The position numbers and the translations under genes were made by a program. A stretch of 63,363 nt of DNA, the filler included. It is 4 parts of 4 records of this genome, joined end to end, with 100 filler letters (N's around TTAATTAATTAA, not from the genome) between each part and the next. Parts side by side here need not be neighbours in the genome. Positions count along the whole stretch, not along the records: positions 10,584 to 34,047 come from DRR378314_400; positions 34,148 to 46,629 come from DRR378314_401; 2 more parts are not named here. One strand, 5' to 3'. The notes beneath the pieces are model-generated. The model did no database searches and had not been told where the DNA came from. It saw only the letters and a program-made list of their open reading frames with translations. The stretch's first letter is position 1, and the number at the start of each line of letters is the position of its first letter. This document shows positions 29,933-37,675 of the stretch, in pieces.

Positions 29933-30878
29933 GCACCCATTTTTTGATGCCTGCATAGAAAATCAACCTAGTATTGCCCTATCGTATATTGAGCAATCGC
30001 TAACAGAGCAAAGCGCTGTTTTATGCAAAGGGTTTGATGCGGTTTGTGTGTTTGTTAACGATGTAGTAAACGAAGCAGTGATTAAACAGTTAGCTGAACA
30101 CGGGGTAAAATGCATTTTACTTCGTTGTGCTGGGTTTAATAATGTTGATTTAGCGGCTGCAAAGAAGCATGGAATCAAAGTGTGCCGCGTGCCGGCTTAC
30201 AGCCCTGAAGCAGTGGCAGAGCATTGTATCGCATTAATGCTAACTTTAAATCGTAAAACACATAAAGCATACAACCGCATACGTGAAGACAACTTTGATT
30301 TAAACGGCCTACTTGGCTTTAATTTATTTAAAAAAACGATTGGCATTATAGGTTGCGGTAAAATAGGTAAAGCACTGGTCAACATTCTTAACGGCTTTGG
30401 TGCCCATGTTTTAGTGTGTGACCCCTACGCTGAGCAAGGGGATTATAAGCTTTGCGACCTTGATACATTACTTAACCAAAGCGATGTAATCTCTTTACAC
30501 TGCCCGCTTAATGAGCAAACACACCATTTAATTGATGAGCACGCCTTTAGTAAAATGAAGCAAAGTGTAATGCTTATTAATACCTCACGCGGCGCGTTAG
30601 TCGATAGTAAAGCGTGTATTAGCGCACTCAAAAGCAAGAAACTAGGCTACTTAGGCCTCGATGTTTACGAGCAAGAATCAGAGCTCTTTTTTAAAGACCG
30701 CCGCGACGAAATTATGCAAGACGATATATTTTCACGTTTAGTGAGCTTTCCTAATGTATTAGTCACCGGTCACCAAGGTTTTTTCACCAAAGAAGCACTG
30801 ACTGAAATAGCCCAAACCACCATTAATAACGCGATTGAGTTTGCCAATAACCAGCCGCTGAGTAATGAGGTTAAATAA
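29889..30878 (+). CDS. ldhA: D-lactate/2-hydroxyacid dehydrogenase
   Basis: RCAGFNNVD, RVPAYSPEAVAEH, GCGKIG, NTSRG, DVYEQE, TGHQGF. Confidence 0.88.
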   Translation: MTQTTIALFSSQKYEHPFFDACIENQPSIALSYIEQSLTEQSAVLCKGFDAVCVFVNDVVNEAVIKQLAEHGVKCILLRCAGFNNVDLAAAKKHGIKVCRVPAYSPEAVAEHCIALMLTLNRKTHKAYNRIREDNFDLNGLLGFNLFKKTIGIIGCGKIGKALVNILNGFGAHVLVCDPYAEQGDYKLCDLDTLLNQSDVISLHCPLNEQTHHLIDEHAFSKMKQSVMLINTSRGALVDSKACISALKSKKLGYLGLDVYEQESELFFKDRRDEIMQDDIFSRLVSFPNVLVTGHQGFFTKEALTEIAQTTINNAIEFANNQPLSNEVK

Positions 30879-31009
30879 AGCTAGGTGCTAGGTCAAAGTT
30901 TAAAAACAATATATTAGAAATAAACCCCGTAGCTTTGTTTAAGCCCGCTAAGTTCCTTAAGCTGGTGTGGCTCATATCTGTTCTAACGCTATTTAGAATT
31001 CAGTTGACA

Positions 31010-31103
31010 GGCTGTTATGAGCGAGAAGCAGACGGTCGGTTAAACTCGTTTTTGGACAAAAAATGAGTTAGAGATCAAGGACAGTTTTGTTCCAGAAGCA
31101 GAC
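31010..31103. repeat. Two 24-bp direct repeats at 70-bp spacing enclosing a hairpin
   Basis: GGCTGTTATGAGCGAGAAGCAGAC (31010-31033) and GACAGTTTTGTTCCAGAAGCAGAC (31080-31103); AACTCGTTTTT/AAAAATGAGTT stem between them. Confidence 0.7.
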
Positions 31104-31105
31104 TG

Positions 31106-31210
31106 TAGTATCGCCTGGCATAAGGTGCACCACGTTGAACCCACAAAACACACTTAACTTCATACCAAAACCGCAGAGTGTAATGCGTCACCTCGATGCT
31201 TTTGTTAATC
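31106..31210 (-). mobile_element. attC site 1 (end of SIR2 cassette)
   Basis: R'' GATTAAC; GCAT(C)GAGGTG(A)CGC pairs with GTGCACCTTATGC leaving two extrahelical bases; R' is GATACTA. Confidence 0.85.
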
Positions 31211-31216
31211 CTATGA

Positions 31217-32176
31217 TTACCAATCCACAAACTCAGTAACGTTATCTAATCTTACAACAGCTACAGCCTGACCAAGTTTACTTTCCCAATATTGTTCACG
31301 CTCTTGCTGCTCACCAGCTCCAGACCATTCAACAATTCTCAGGGCTTTTGCATTTAGATAAGGACGGAGAAGCATATTTAAATGATTATCAAATCCAGAG
31401 TACCCAAAGAGGATTACTTCTGTTGCTTCAGAAAGTGCGAACCGTAGATAATCCCAATATGTCGATAGTGCACTAGAAGCGGCAATGACTGATGGCTTAT
31501 GTTTCACATGAGTTAAAACAATATGCTCACTTGCCTCATTCCTATCAACAGAAAGTCGATGCCTAGGTAACTTAACAATCTCATCATTTCGATTTACAAA
31601 CAAAGGCGAGCCATGCAGGTGCAGATAATAGCCAAAATTATTGCCATACATCCTCTCCATTGCTTCGGAGGAAAAGCCTCCACCAAGCATTCCATCCACA
31701 AGGTAGCCTTGATAACCGTTAAAGATATCGTTATCTATAAATGAGTTATACAAAAGCTTATCATAATTCAACGTTGCTACATGAGATCGCGTTGTTTTAA
31801 TGAATTCGACTAAATTTCTTTCAAAATCATCGGGTAATTCACCATCGTAATTGTGCAAGTAAGTAGCTACTTTATGGATATATGTTGCAGTTATTTCAGG
31901 AAACCTTTGCCCATCTTCTGTTAACCAATGAACGTCACCATCACCGATTCTGTTCAAGGATTTACAATAAGTTACGACTTGATGAAGTAAATCTAGCTCA
32001 TGCTCTCCTTCGGGAGCACCACCTCTACCTAAACAACGCTCTATCAATTGTTGCTGTTCAAGAGTTAAAAAACCTTCTCTCTCCCAAATATTTTCCAAAG
32101 CGTCAGCCAATGAAAAATGTGCAGCATCAATTGCCATTCCCAGTCCATTTCCAAATATTATTAATTTCCTAGCCAT
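31217..32176 (-). CDS. Standalone SIR2-like (SIR2_2/AbiH-like) protein, integron cassette
   Basis: IIFGNG, TLNYD, HLHGS, FGYSGFDNH sirtuin-fold motifs; flanked by attC sites. Confidence 0.85.
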   Translation of the reverse strand: MARKLIIFGNGLGMAIDAAHFSLADALENIWEREGFLTLEQQQLIERCLGRGGAPEGEHELDLLHQVVTYCKSLNRIGDGDVHWLTEDGQRFPEITATYIHKVATYLHNYDGELPDDFERNLVEFIKTTRSHVATLNYDKLLYNSFIDNDIFNGYQGYLVDGMLGGGFSSEAMERMYGNNFGYYLHLHGSPLFVNRNDEIVKLPRHRLSVDRNEASEHIVLTHVKHKPSVIAASSALSTYWDYLRFALSEATEVILFGYSGFDNHLNMLLRPYLNAKALRIVEWSGAGEQQEREQYWESKLGQAVAVVRLDNVTEFVDW

Positions 32177-32199
32177 TATTGTTGTCCTTTACTGAATAG

Positions 32200-32254
32200 G
32201 GTTAACGCCGCAGTCAGGTGCGCTGTAGGCGTCACCTGGAATGCCTTCTTATGC
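32200..32254 (-). mobile_element. attC site 2 (short)
   Basis: R'' GCATAAG (AAC changed to AAG); GCATT(C)CAGGTG(A)CGC pairs with GCGCACCTGACTGC; R' GTTAACC. Confidence 0.85.
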
Positions 32255-32263
32255 GCCTGTTGA

Positions 32264-33136
32264 TTATAAATGCCCTTGCTGAATATTGAAGAGCAAGTTA
32301 TTTCTCTTATCCAGTAATCCGAGGTCTAAACCATCAATATGCCAATCAAGGTTGAACTTTTTAGGGTGAGGCTTATTCCCTGCATCATAAAGGCTGTTTA
32401 CAAACTCTCTATCTGTCAGCTTTTTGTCATTATCAAGGATCATACGAGTATAATGATCTGCCATCCTGATGACGTACATTGGGTGACCTGAAGCCATTAT
32501 AGGATTACTCATGTATACAGTTCCTGGCTCCATACCAAGAGTTGTATATTTCTCGTGAATACTCCACATTCTTTCTCGCTCTTCTGTCATTTCACCATTT
32601 GCATCGGTTGGCTCAAAAACAGAATGATCAAATATACCGACAGCATGAAAAGTATCACGATTTACAAATGCAAAAAGAACCTCATCTGTTCTTTTCGATA
32701 AACCAGATTTCTCTAGCTCCATGTTTAAATGGAAATGATGAAAGCCTTTAGTATTTAAAATTTGATCCTTATCTTCCCAAGAATCAGCTTCACCACTTTT
32801 AATTCTTTTGACTGGAGTATATCCATTTTTGTGAGCACGTCGTGACAAGAATAGGTGAAGATCATCACCATTTCTGGCTTTATCGAGCAGTGCATTTATA
32901 TCGTCTTTTAGATTTTTATATCTTTTGTCAGAAGTCAGCTCTGGAGATCGTTGTACTTTCCTGACTCTTATAGGAACTTGTCTGGTTTGCCAATGCAAAT
33001 AGTGTATTACAACTTCATTAATACCCTGAGACTTCAATTCCTCTAATGTTTCTTTATCATTAGGAAAAAATGGTAGTTCCTTAATGAGTTTATTTTTTAG
33101 TCTCTCTAGTGTTTTTGATTTTTCCATATTCTTCAT
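32264..33136 (-). CDS. Cassette-encoded hypothetical protein, YafO/RelE-like RNase candidate
   Basis: GDDL..FLS, KDQILN..GFHHFHL, RTDEVLF, GIFDH; AT-rich; between attC sites. Confidence 0.6.
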   Translation of the reverse strand: MKNMEKSKTLERLKNKLIKELPFFPNDKETLEELKSQGINEVVIHYLHWQTRQVPIRVRKVQRSPELTSDKRYKNLKDDINALLDKARNGDDLHLFLSRRAHKNGYTPVKRIKSGEADSWEDKDQILNTKGFHHFHLNMELEKSGLSKRTDEVLFAFVNRDTFHAVGIFDHSVFEPTDANGEMTEERERMWSIHEKYTTLGMEPGTVYMSNPIMASGHPMYVIRMADHYTRMILDNDKKLTDREFVNSLYDAGNKPHPKKFNLDWHIDGLDLGLLDKRNNLLFNIQQGHL

Positions 33137-33175
33137 ACTCCATTATTAGAGGTGACGACTCATGTTTGAAATGGC

Positions 33176-33278
33176 GTTTAGCGCTCGCCGTAAACGGCAC
33201 AAAATAGCAGGCTAAAATTGGCCACGAAGGAGCGCAAGCCTGCTGTTTTGCATCCTTATGTTGAGGCACTGGTTACAT
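33176..33278 (-). mobile_element. attC site 3 (long)
   Basis: R'' ATGTAAC immediately after the stop codon; GCAAAACAGCAGGCT/AGCCTGCTATTTTGT stem; R' GCTAAAC. Confidence 0.8.
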
Positions 33279-33797
33279 TCAATACTTTTTAAAATATTGC
33301 AAAACCTCAATTTTAGTTAGTGCATTTGGATTACATGTATACTCAAACTCTTCCATTTGCTCTACACTATGCTTATTTGGTGATGACAATACAGCTTCTT
33401 TGGGCGCATAGGCTTTGAGCAATACACCTCCTGATTCAATAGCATTTAAGCCACTAGCAAACATTTCTGCGACGCTACGTTTTGGGGTCCAACAAAACCC
33501 AATTTTATTCTGTTCATGTAAAAACCTACATTCACCGCGATATAAAACCAAATCATCACCATCATATTTTGGTAATGAAAGCTTAAGAATCTTAAGCAAA
33601 AGCATATCATCTGATAACTTGCGCCTTATGTGGCCACCATTCTCAGTCCAAAGAAGATGTATTTTATCTCTTTTAAAATCAAGTGAATCTGAATTATTCA
33701 ATATAAAACTAAAAGCCTGCTCCCAAATCTCTCCATCGATATCATATGTATATGTACCGCGAATAAATTTGTGCGCGATTTCTTCGGATAACTCCAT
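33279..33797 (-). CDS. Putative ADP-ribosyltransferase-fold protein, integron cassette
   Basis: LVLYRG...FCWT....VAEMFA...EEFEY, the order of R-S-E clade ART motifs. Confidence 0.65.
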   Translation of the reverse strand: MELSEEIAHKFIRGTYTYDIDGEIWEQAFSFILNNSDSLDFKRDKIHLLWTENGGHIRRKLSDDMLLLKILKLSLPKYDGDDLVLYRGECRFLHEQNKIGFCWTPKRSVAEMFASGLNAIESGGVLLKAYAPKEAVLSSPNKHSVEQMEEFEYTCNPNALTKIEVLQYFKKY

Positions 33798-33820
33798 GAC
33801 TCACTTTGCCTTATAAGCAT

Positions 33821-34047
33821 TTAATTAATACTTTTTAATTTGCCTAAATAAACTTTATGTACTTTTGCAACTTTAATAATCTGATAATTTGTTAAGCCAC
33901 ACAAACAACCAACACGAGTATGACCCTCAACTAAATGCAAATCTATTTCTGGCTTACCTAGCACTTCACCTTTAATAAATATAGGAGGTGTAATCCATGT
34001 TCCGAAAAAAATAAATGAGACACCCATCTTAAATTTTGCACTATATA
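33821..34047 (-). CDS. 3' part of a ParB/sulfiredoxin-like domain protein, truncated by contig end
   Basis: Frame open to the gap; PPIFI...LHLVEGHTR resembles the ParB PI.V...DGHHR motif. Confidence 0.5.
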
Positions 34048-34147
34048 NNNNNNNNNNNNNNNNNNNNNNNNNNNNNNNNNNNNNNNNNNNNTTAATTAAT
34101 TAANNNNNNNNNNNNNNNNNNNNNNNNNNNNNNNNNNNNNNNNNNNN
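34048..34147. other. Artificial contig linker
   Basis: N44-TTAATTAATTAA-N44; composition changes across it. Confidence 0.99.
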
Positions 34148-34407
34148 TGCACAGCATTGAGTTCGCATCGACCGGCAAAAGTGTGCGCATTCAACCTGGC
34201 GAAACGGTGCATGCAGCAGCGGCGAAGTTGGGTCTGCATATCCCCAAAGCATGTGGTATGGGGATATGCGGTACTTGCCGCGTAGAGCTCAAGTCGGGGG
34301 AGGTGGATATGGAGCATAACGGGGGCATTACGGATGAGGATGTCGCAGAAGGATACATTCTATCTTGCTGCAGTCGTCCTAAAGGGGACCTCGTCGTCGA
34401 TTTTTAA
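34148..34407 (+). CDS. gbcB: 3' end of a ferredoxin reductase (2Fe-2S domain), glycine betaine monooxygenase reductase
   Basis: IPKACGMGICGTC...EHNGGI...ILSCC; upstream of glyA-soxBDAG. Confidence 0.75.
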
Positions 34408-34432
34408 CGCAGTCATTTTTTAATACTTCAGT

Positions 34433-34474
34433 AAAGCGCCCTTTATGGCTTTTGCCGTTTAGGGCGCTTTTTTA
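34433..34474 (+). terminator. Intrinsic terminator
   Basis: AAAGCGCCCT...AGGGCGCTTTTTT. Confidence 0.8.
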
Positions 34475-34696
34475 TGGGTAATCAATGACGATCTATCTGC
34501 GCAGCCTGGCTAATTGATGTCGATGTCGCAAATGCATCGAGTGGTGACGTCAACAAGTATCTTGGGCTAGGAAACCAACGATAGTATCGCGGTAAGAAAA
34601 CGTTGATAGAAACTCTGGTTGATAGAAAGCTTGGTTTGTCAGCGTTAAAGAGAACGTCCAGCACTTAATAAAAAAGTCACTCATCAGGAGGCGATA

Positions 34697-36010
34697 ATGC
34701 TTCAAAGTAATTTTTCCCCAAAAGCACGTTTGGCTAGTTACGACAGTTTGCTTGCAGAAGCAATTGCTGAAGAAACGGTACGCCAAGAAGCGCATATTGA
34801 GCTGATCGCCTCCGAAAATTACACCAGTCAACTTGTCATGGAAGCGCAGGGCACCCAACTGACTAACAAGTATGCGGAAGGCTATCCAGGCCGTCGCTAC
34901 TACGGTGGTTGTGAATTCGTTGACAAGGTTGAGGCCTTAGCCATTGAACGTGCCTGCAACTTATTTAGTGCCAATTATGCCAATGTGCAGCCGCATTCCG
35001 GCGCTCAGGCCAATGCCGCTGTGTTTATGGCGCTGGTCAAACCTGGCGATACTATTCTAGGTATGAGCCTTGCCCACGGCGGCCATTTAACCCACGGCGC
35101 CGCCCCTAACTTCTCGGGCAAACACTACAACGCTGTTCAGTACGGCCTCAAGCCAGAAACCGGTGAGATCGATTACGAAGAAGTTGAGCGTTTGGCCCGT
35201 GAGCATCAGCCGAAAATGATCATTGCCGGTTTCTCTGCCTACTCTCGCGTGGTGGATTGGCGTCGTTTCCGCACTATCGCTGATGAAGTGGGTGCTTACT
35301 TAATGGTCGACATGGCCCACGTTGCAGGTTTAGTGGCAGCTAACCTATATCCGAGCCCGCTGCCTCATGCCCACGTCGTCACCACGACTACCCACAAAAC
35401 GCTGCGTGGCCCCCGTGGTGGCCTGATTCTGTCTGCGGATGGCGACGAGGCGCTCTACAAAAAGCTTAATGGTGCGGTCTTCCCAGGCCAGCAAGGTGGC
35501 CCATTGATGCATGTTATCGCGGCGAAAGCGGTGGCGTTCAAGGAAGCCATGAGCCAGGAGTTTGTGCGTTACCAGCAGCAGGTGATTGACAACGCCCAAG
35601 CCATGGCCAACGTATTCATGGAGCGCGGCTATGATGTCGTGTCGGGTGGTACCGAAGATCATCTTTTCTTAGTCTCGCTTATCCAGCAGGGCGTCACGGG
35701 TAAGGATGCGGATGCCGCATTGGGCCGCGCGCATATCACCGTTAATAAGAACACGGTGCCCAACGACCCGCAGAGCCCCTTCGTGACATCGGGTCTACGT
35801 ATTGGTACCCCCGCGGTTACCACGCGTGGCTTCAATGCCCAAGAGTGTGGCGAACTAGCTGGCTGGATTTGCGACATCCTAGACGTATTAGCTGCTGGGA
35901 GTGATACCGCTGCCATCGAGGCCGAGGTGCTGGCTAAAGTGAGTGACGTGTGTGCCCGGCACCCTGTCTATGCTGAAGCTGTCGCTGAAGCCGTCGAATC
36001 TATTGCTTGA
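34697..36010 (+). CDS. glyA: Serine hydroxymethyltransferase
   Basis: [37 protein letters not shown]. Confidence 0.97.
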   Translation: MLQSNFSPKARLASYDSLLAEAIAEETVRQEAHIELIASENYTSQLVMEAQGTQLTNKYAEGYPGRRYYGGCEFVDKVEALAIERACNLFSANYANVQPHSGAQANAAVFMALVKPGDTILGMSLAHGGHLTHGAAPNFSGKHYNAVQYGLKPETGEIDYEEVERLAREHQPKMIIAGFSAYSRVVDWRRFRTIADEVGAYLMVDMAHVAGLVAANLYPSPLPHAHVVTTTTHKTLRGPRGGLILSADGDEALYKKLNGAVFPGQQGGPLMHVIAAKAVAFKEAMSQEFVRYQQQVIDNAQAMANVFMERGYDVVSGGTEDHLFLVSLIQQGVTGKDADAALGRAHITVNKNTVPNDPQSPFVTSGLRIGTPAVTTRGFNAQECGELAGWICDILDVLAAGSDTAAIEAEVLAKVSDVCARHPVYAEAVAEAVESIA

Positions 36011-36057
36011 ATCGGCTTGCCGGCAAGGCCCGGCGCGGCTGAACTAAGGAGACCACT

Positions 36058-37308
36058 ATGCAACGCTATTCCGGCTTCGGCCTGGTCAAGCACGCGCTGA
36101 GCCACCATGAAAACTGGGAGCGCCAATGGCGCAATCCCACGCCTAAGAAGCAGTACGATGTGATCATCGTCGGTGGTGGTGGCCACGGTTTGGCCACGGC
36201 TTATTACTTGGCCAAAGAGTTCGGTGTCAAGAATGTCGCGGTGATCGAGAAAGGCTGGTTGGGCGGTGGTAATACCGCCCGTAATACGACCATCGTGCGT
36301 TCGAACTACTTATGGGACGAATCGGCTGCCCTTTACGAACATGCCATGAAGCTGTGGGAAGGGCTTTCTCAAGACCTTAACTACAACGTCATGTTTTCCC
36401 AGCGAGGGGTGCTCAACCTGGGGCATACCCTGCAAGATATGCGCGATATCCAGCGTCGGGTTAACGCGAATCGCCTAAACGGCATTGATGGCGAAGTGCT
36501 GGACACCAAGGGTGTGCAGGCGCTGGTGCCAATCATGGATTGTTCCAATAATGCTCGCTATCCAGTGATGGGCGCTTCCTGGCAGCCGCGTGCTGGGGTA
36601 GCGCGGCATGATGCTGTGGCCTGGGGCTATGCGCGCGGTGCTGATGCTCACGGGGTGGACATCCTCCAGCAGACCGAAGTTACCGGTTTCAAAATCCGTG
36701 ACGGTAGGATCTACGGTGTGCACACCAACCGTGGCGATATCGAAGCCAAGACAGTGGGCTGTGTGACCGCCGGTAATTCTGGTGTGTTGGCCAATATGGG
36801 CGGCTTTCAGTTGCCCCTGGAGTCCCACCCGCTACAAGCCCTGGTCTCCGAGCCGATCAAACCGATTCTCGATACCGTGGTGATGTCTAATCACGTACAT
36901 GGCTATATCAGTCAGTCTGATAAAGGCGACCTAGTCATCGGCGCTGGCATTGACGGCTATAACGGCTATGGTCAGCGCGGTAGCTATCCTACCGTGGAAC
37001 ACACCCTTCAGGCGATCGTCGAGATGTTCCCGATCTTCTCTAGGGTGCGTATGAATCGTCAGTGGGGCGGTATTGTCGATACCTGTCCGGATGCCTGTCC
37101 GATTATCTCTAAAACACCGGTGAAGGGGTTGTTCTTCAACTGTGGTTGGGGCACGGGTGGCTTCAAAGCTACTCCAGGATCGGGTCACGTGTTCGCTGCC
37201 AGCTTGGCTAAGGGTGAGATGCACCCCATTGCTGAGCCGTTCTCCATGTTCCGCTTCCATAGCGGTGCGCTGATTGATGAGCACGGCGCCGCCGGCGTGG
37301 CCCACTAG
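36058..37308 (+). CDS. soxB: Sarcosine oxidase subunit beta
   Basis: [31 protein letters not shown]-terminal GAAGVAH. Confidence 0.97.
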   Translation: MQRYSGFGLVKHALSHHENWERQWRNPTPKKQYDVIIVGGGGHGLATAYYLAKEFGVKNVAVIEKGWLGGGNTARNTTIVRSNYLWDESAALYEHAMKLWEGLSQDLNYNVMFSQRGVLNLGHTLQDMRDIQRRVNANRLNGIDGEVLDTKGVQALVPIMDCSNNARYPVMGASWQPRAGVARHDAVAWGYARGADAHGVDILQQTEVTGFKIRDGRIYGVHTNRGDIEAKTVGCVTAGNSGVLANMGGFQLPLESHPLQALVSEPIKPILDTVVMSNHVHGYISQSDKGDLVIGAGIDGYNGYGQRGSYPTVEHTLQAIVEMFPIFSRVRMNRQWGGIVDTCPDACPIISKTPVKGLFFNCGWGTGGFKATPGSGHVFAASLAKGEMHPIAEPFSMFRFHSGALIDEHGAAGVAH

Positions 37309-37333
37309 GGTTCATACGAGAGGAGTATTCGTC

Positions 37334-37675
37334 ATGTTTTATATCTATTGCCCCTACTGCGGCGAGCACCGTGAGGAAGAGGAGTTTCACCCCAAAGGCC
37401 AGGCGCATATTGAGCGACCCAAAGAGCCCGAGGCGTGTAGCGATGAAGAGTGGGGGAACTACCTTTTCTTCCGCAACAACCCCAGAGGGGTGCATCACGA
37501 AATGTGGGTGCATGCGGTAGGTTGCCGCAAGTTCTTCAACGTGACGCGTCATACGGTGAGCTACGAGATTCTCGAGACCTACAAAATGGGCGAGCAGCCG
37601 ACGATAACTGCCGACAGCCAAAAGCAGCCTCGCGAGGCGGCAGCGGTAAGCCATCAGGAAGGAGTGCGGGCATGA
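37334..37675 (+). CDS. soxD: Sarcosine oxidase subunit delta
   Basis: IYCPYCG.R.EEEF, W.HAVGCRKFF Zn ligands; AGGAG SD. Confidence 0.95.
   Translation: MFYIYCPYCGEHREEEEFHPKGQAHIERPKEPEACSDEEWGNYLFFRNNPRGVHHEMWVHAVGCRKFFNVTRHTVSYEILETYKMGEQPTITADSQKQPREAAAVSHQEGVRA

Noticed and set aside
31010-31103. Two repeats with a 46-bp spacer as a mini CRISPR array
   Set aside because: Only two divergent copies, the spacer is itself a hairpin, and no cas genes are present
33798-33820. A fourth attC between the ParB-like and ART-like genes
   Set aside because: Only 23 bp, with no L boxes or GTT core
34048-34147. Composition jumps at 34.1 kb and 46.7 kb as genomic island borders
   Set aside because: They coincide with linkers and reflect different source organisms
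37450-37671. N-terminal extensions in the ORF track (soxA, purU, AMP ligase, cupredoxin, beta-barrel, MscS)
   Set aside because: They overlap upstream genes or UTRs; downstream starts have SD sequences or stop-start overlaps
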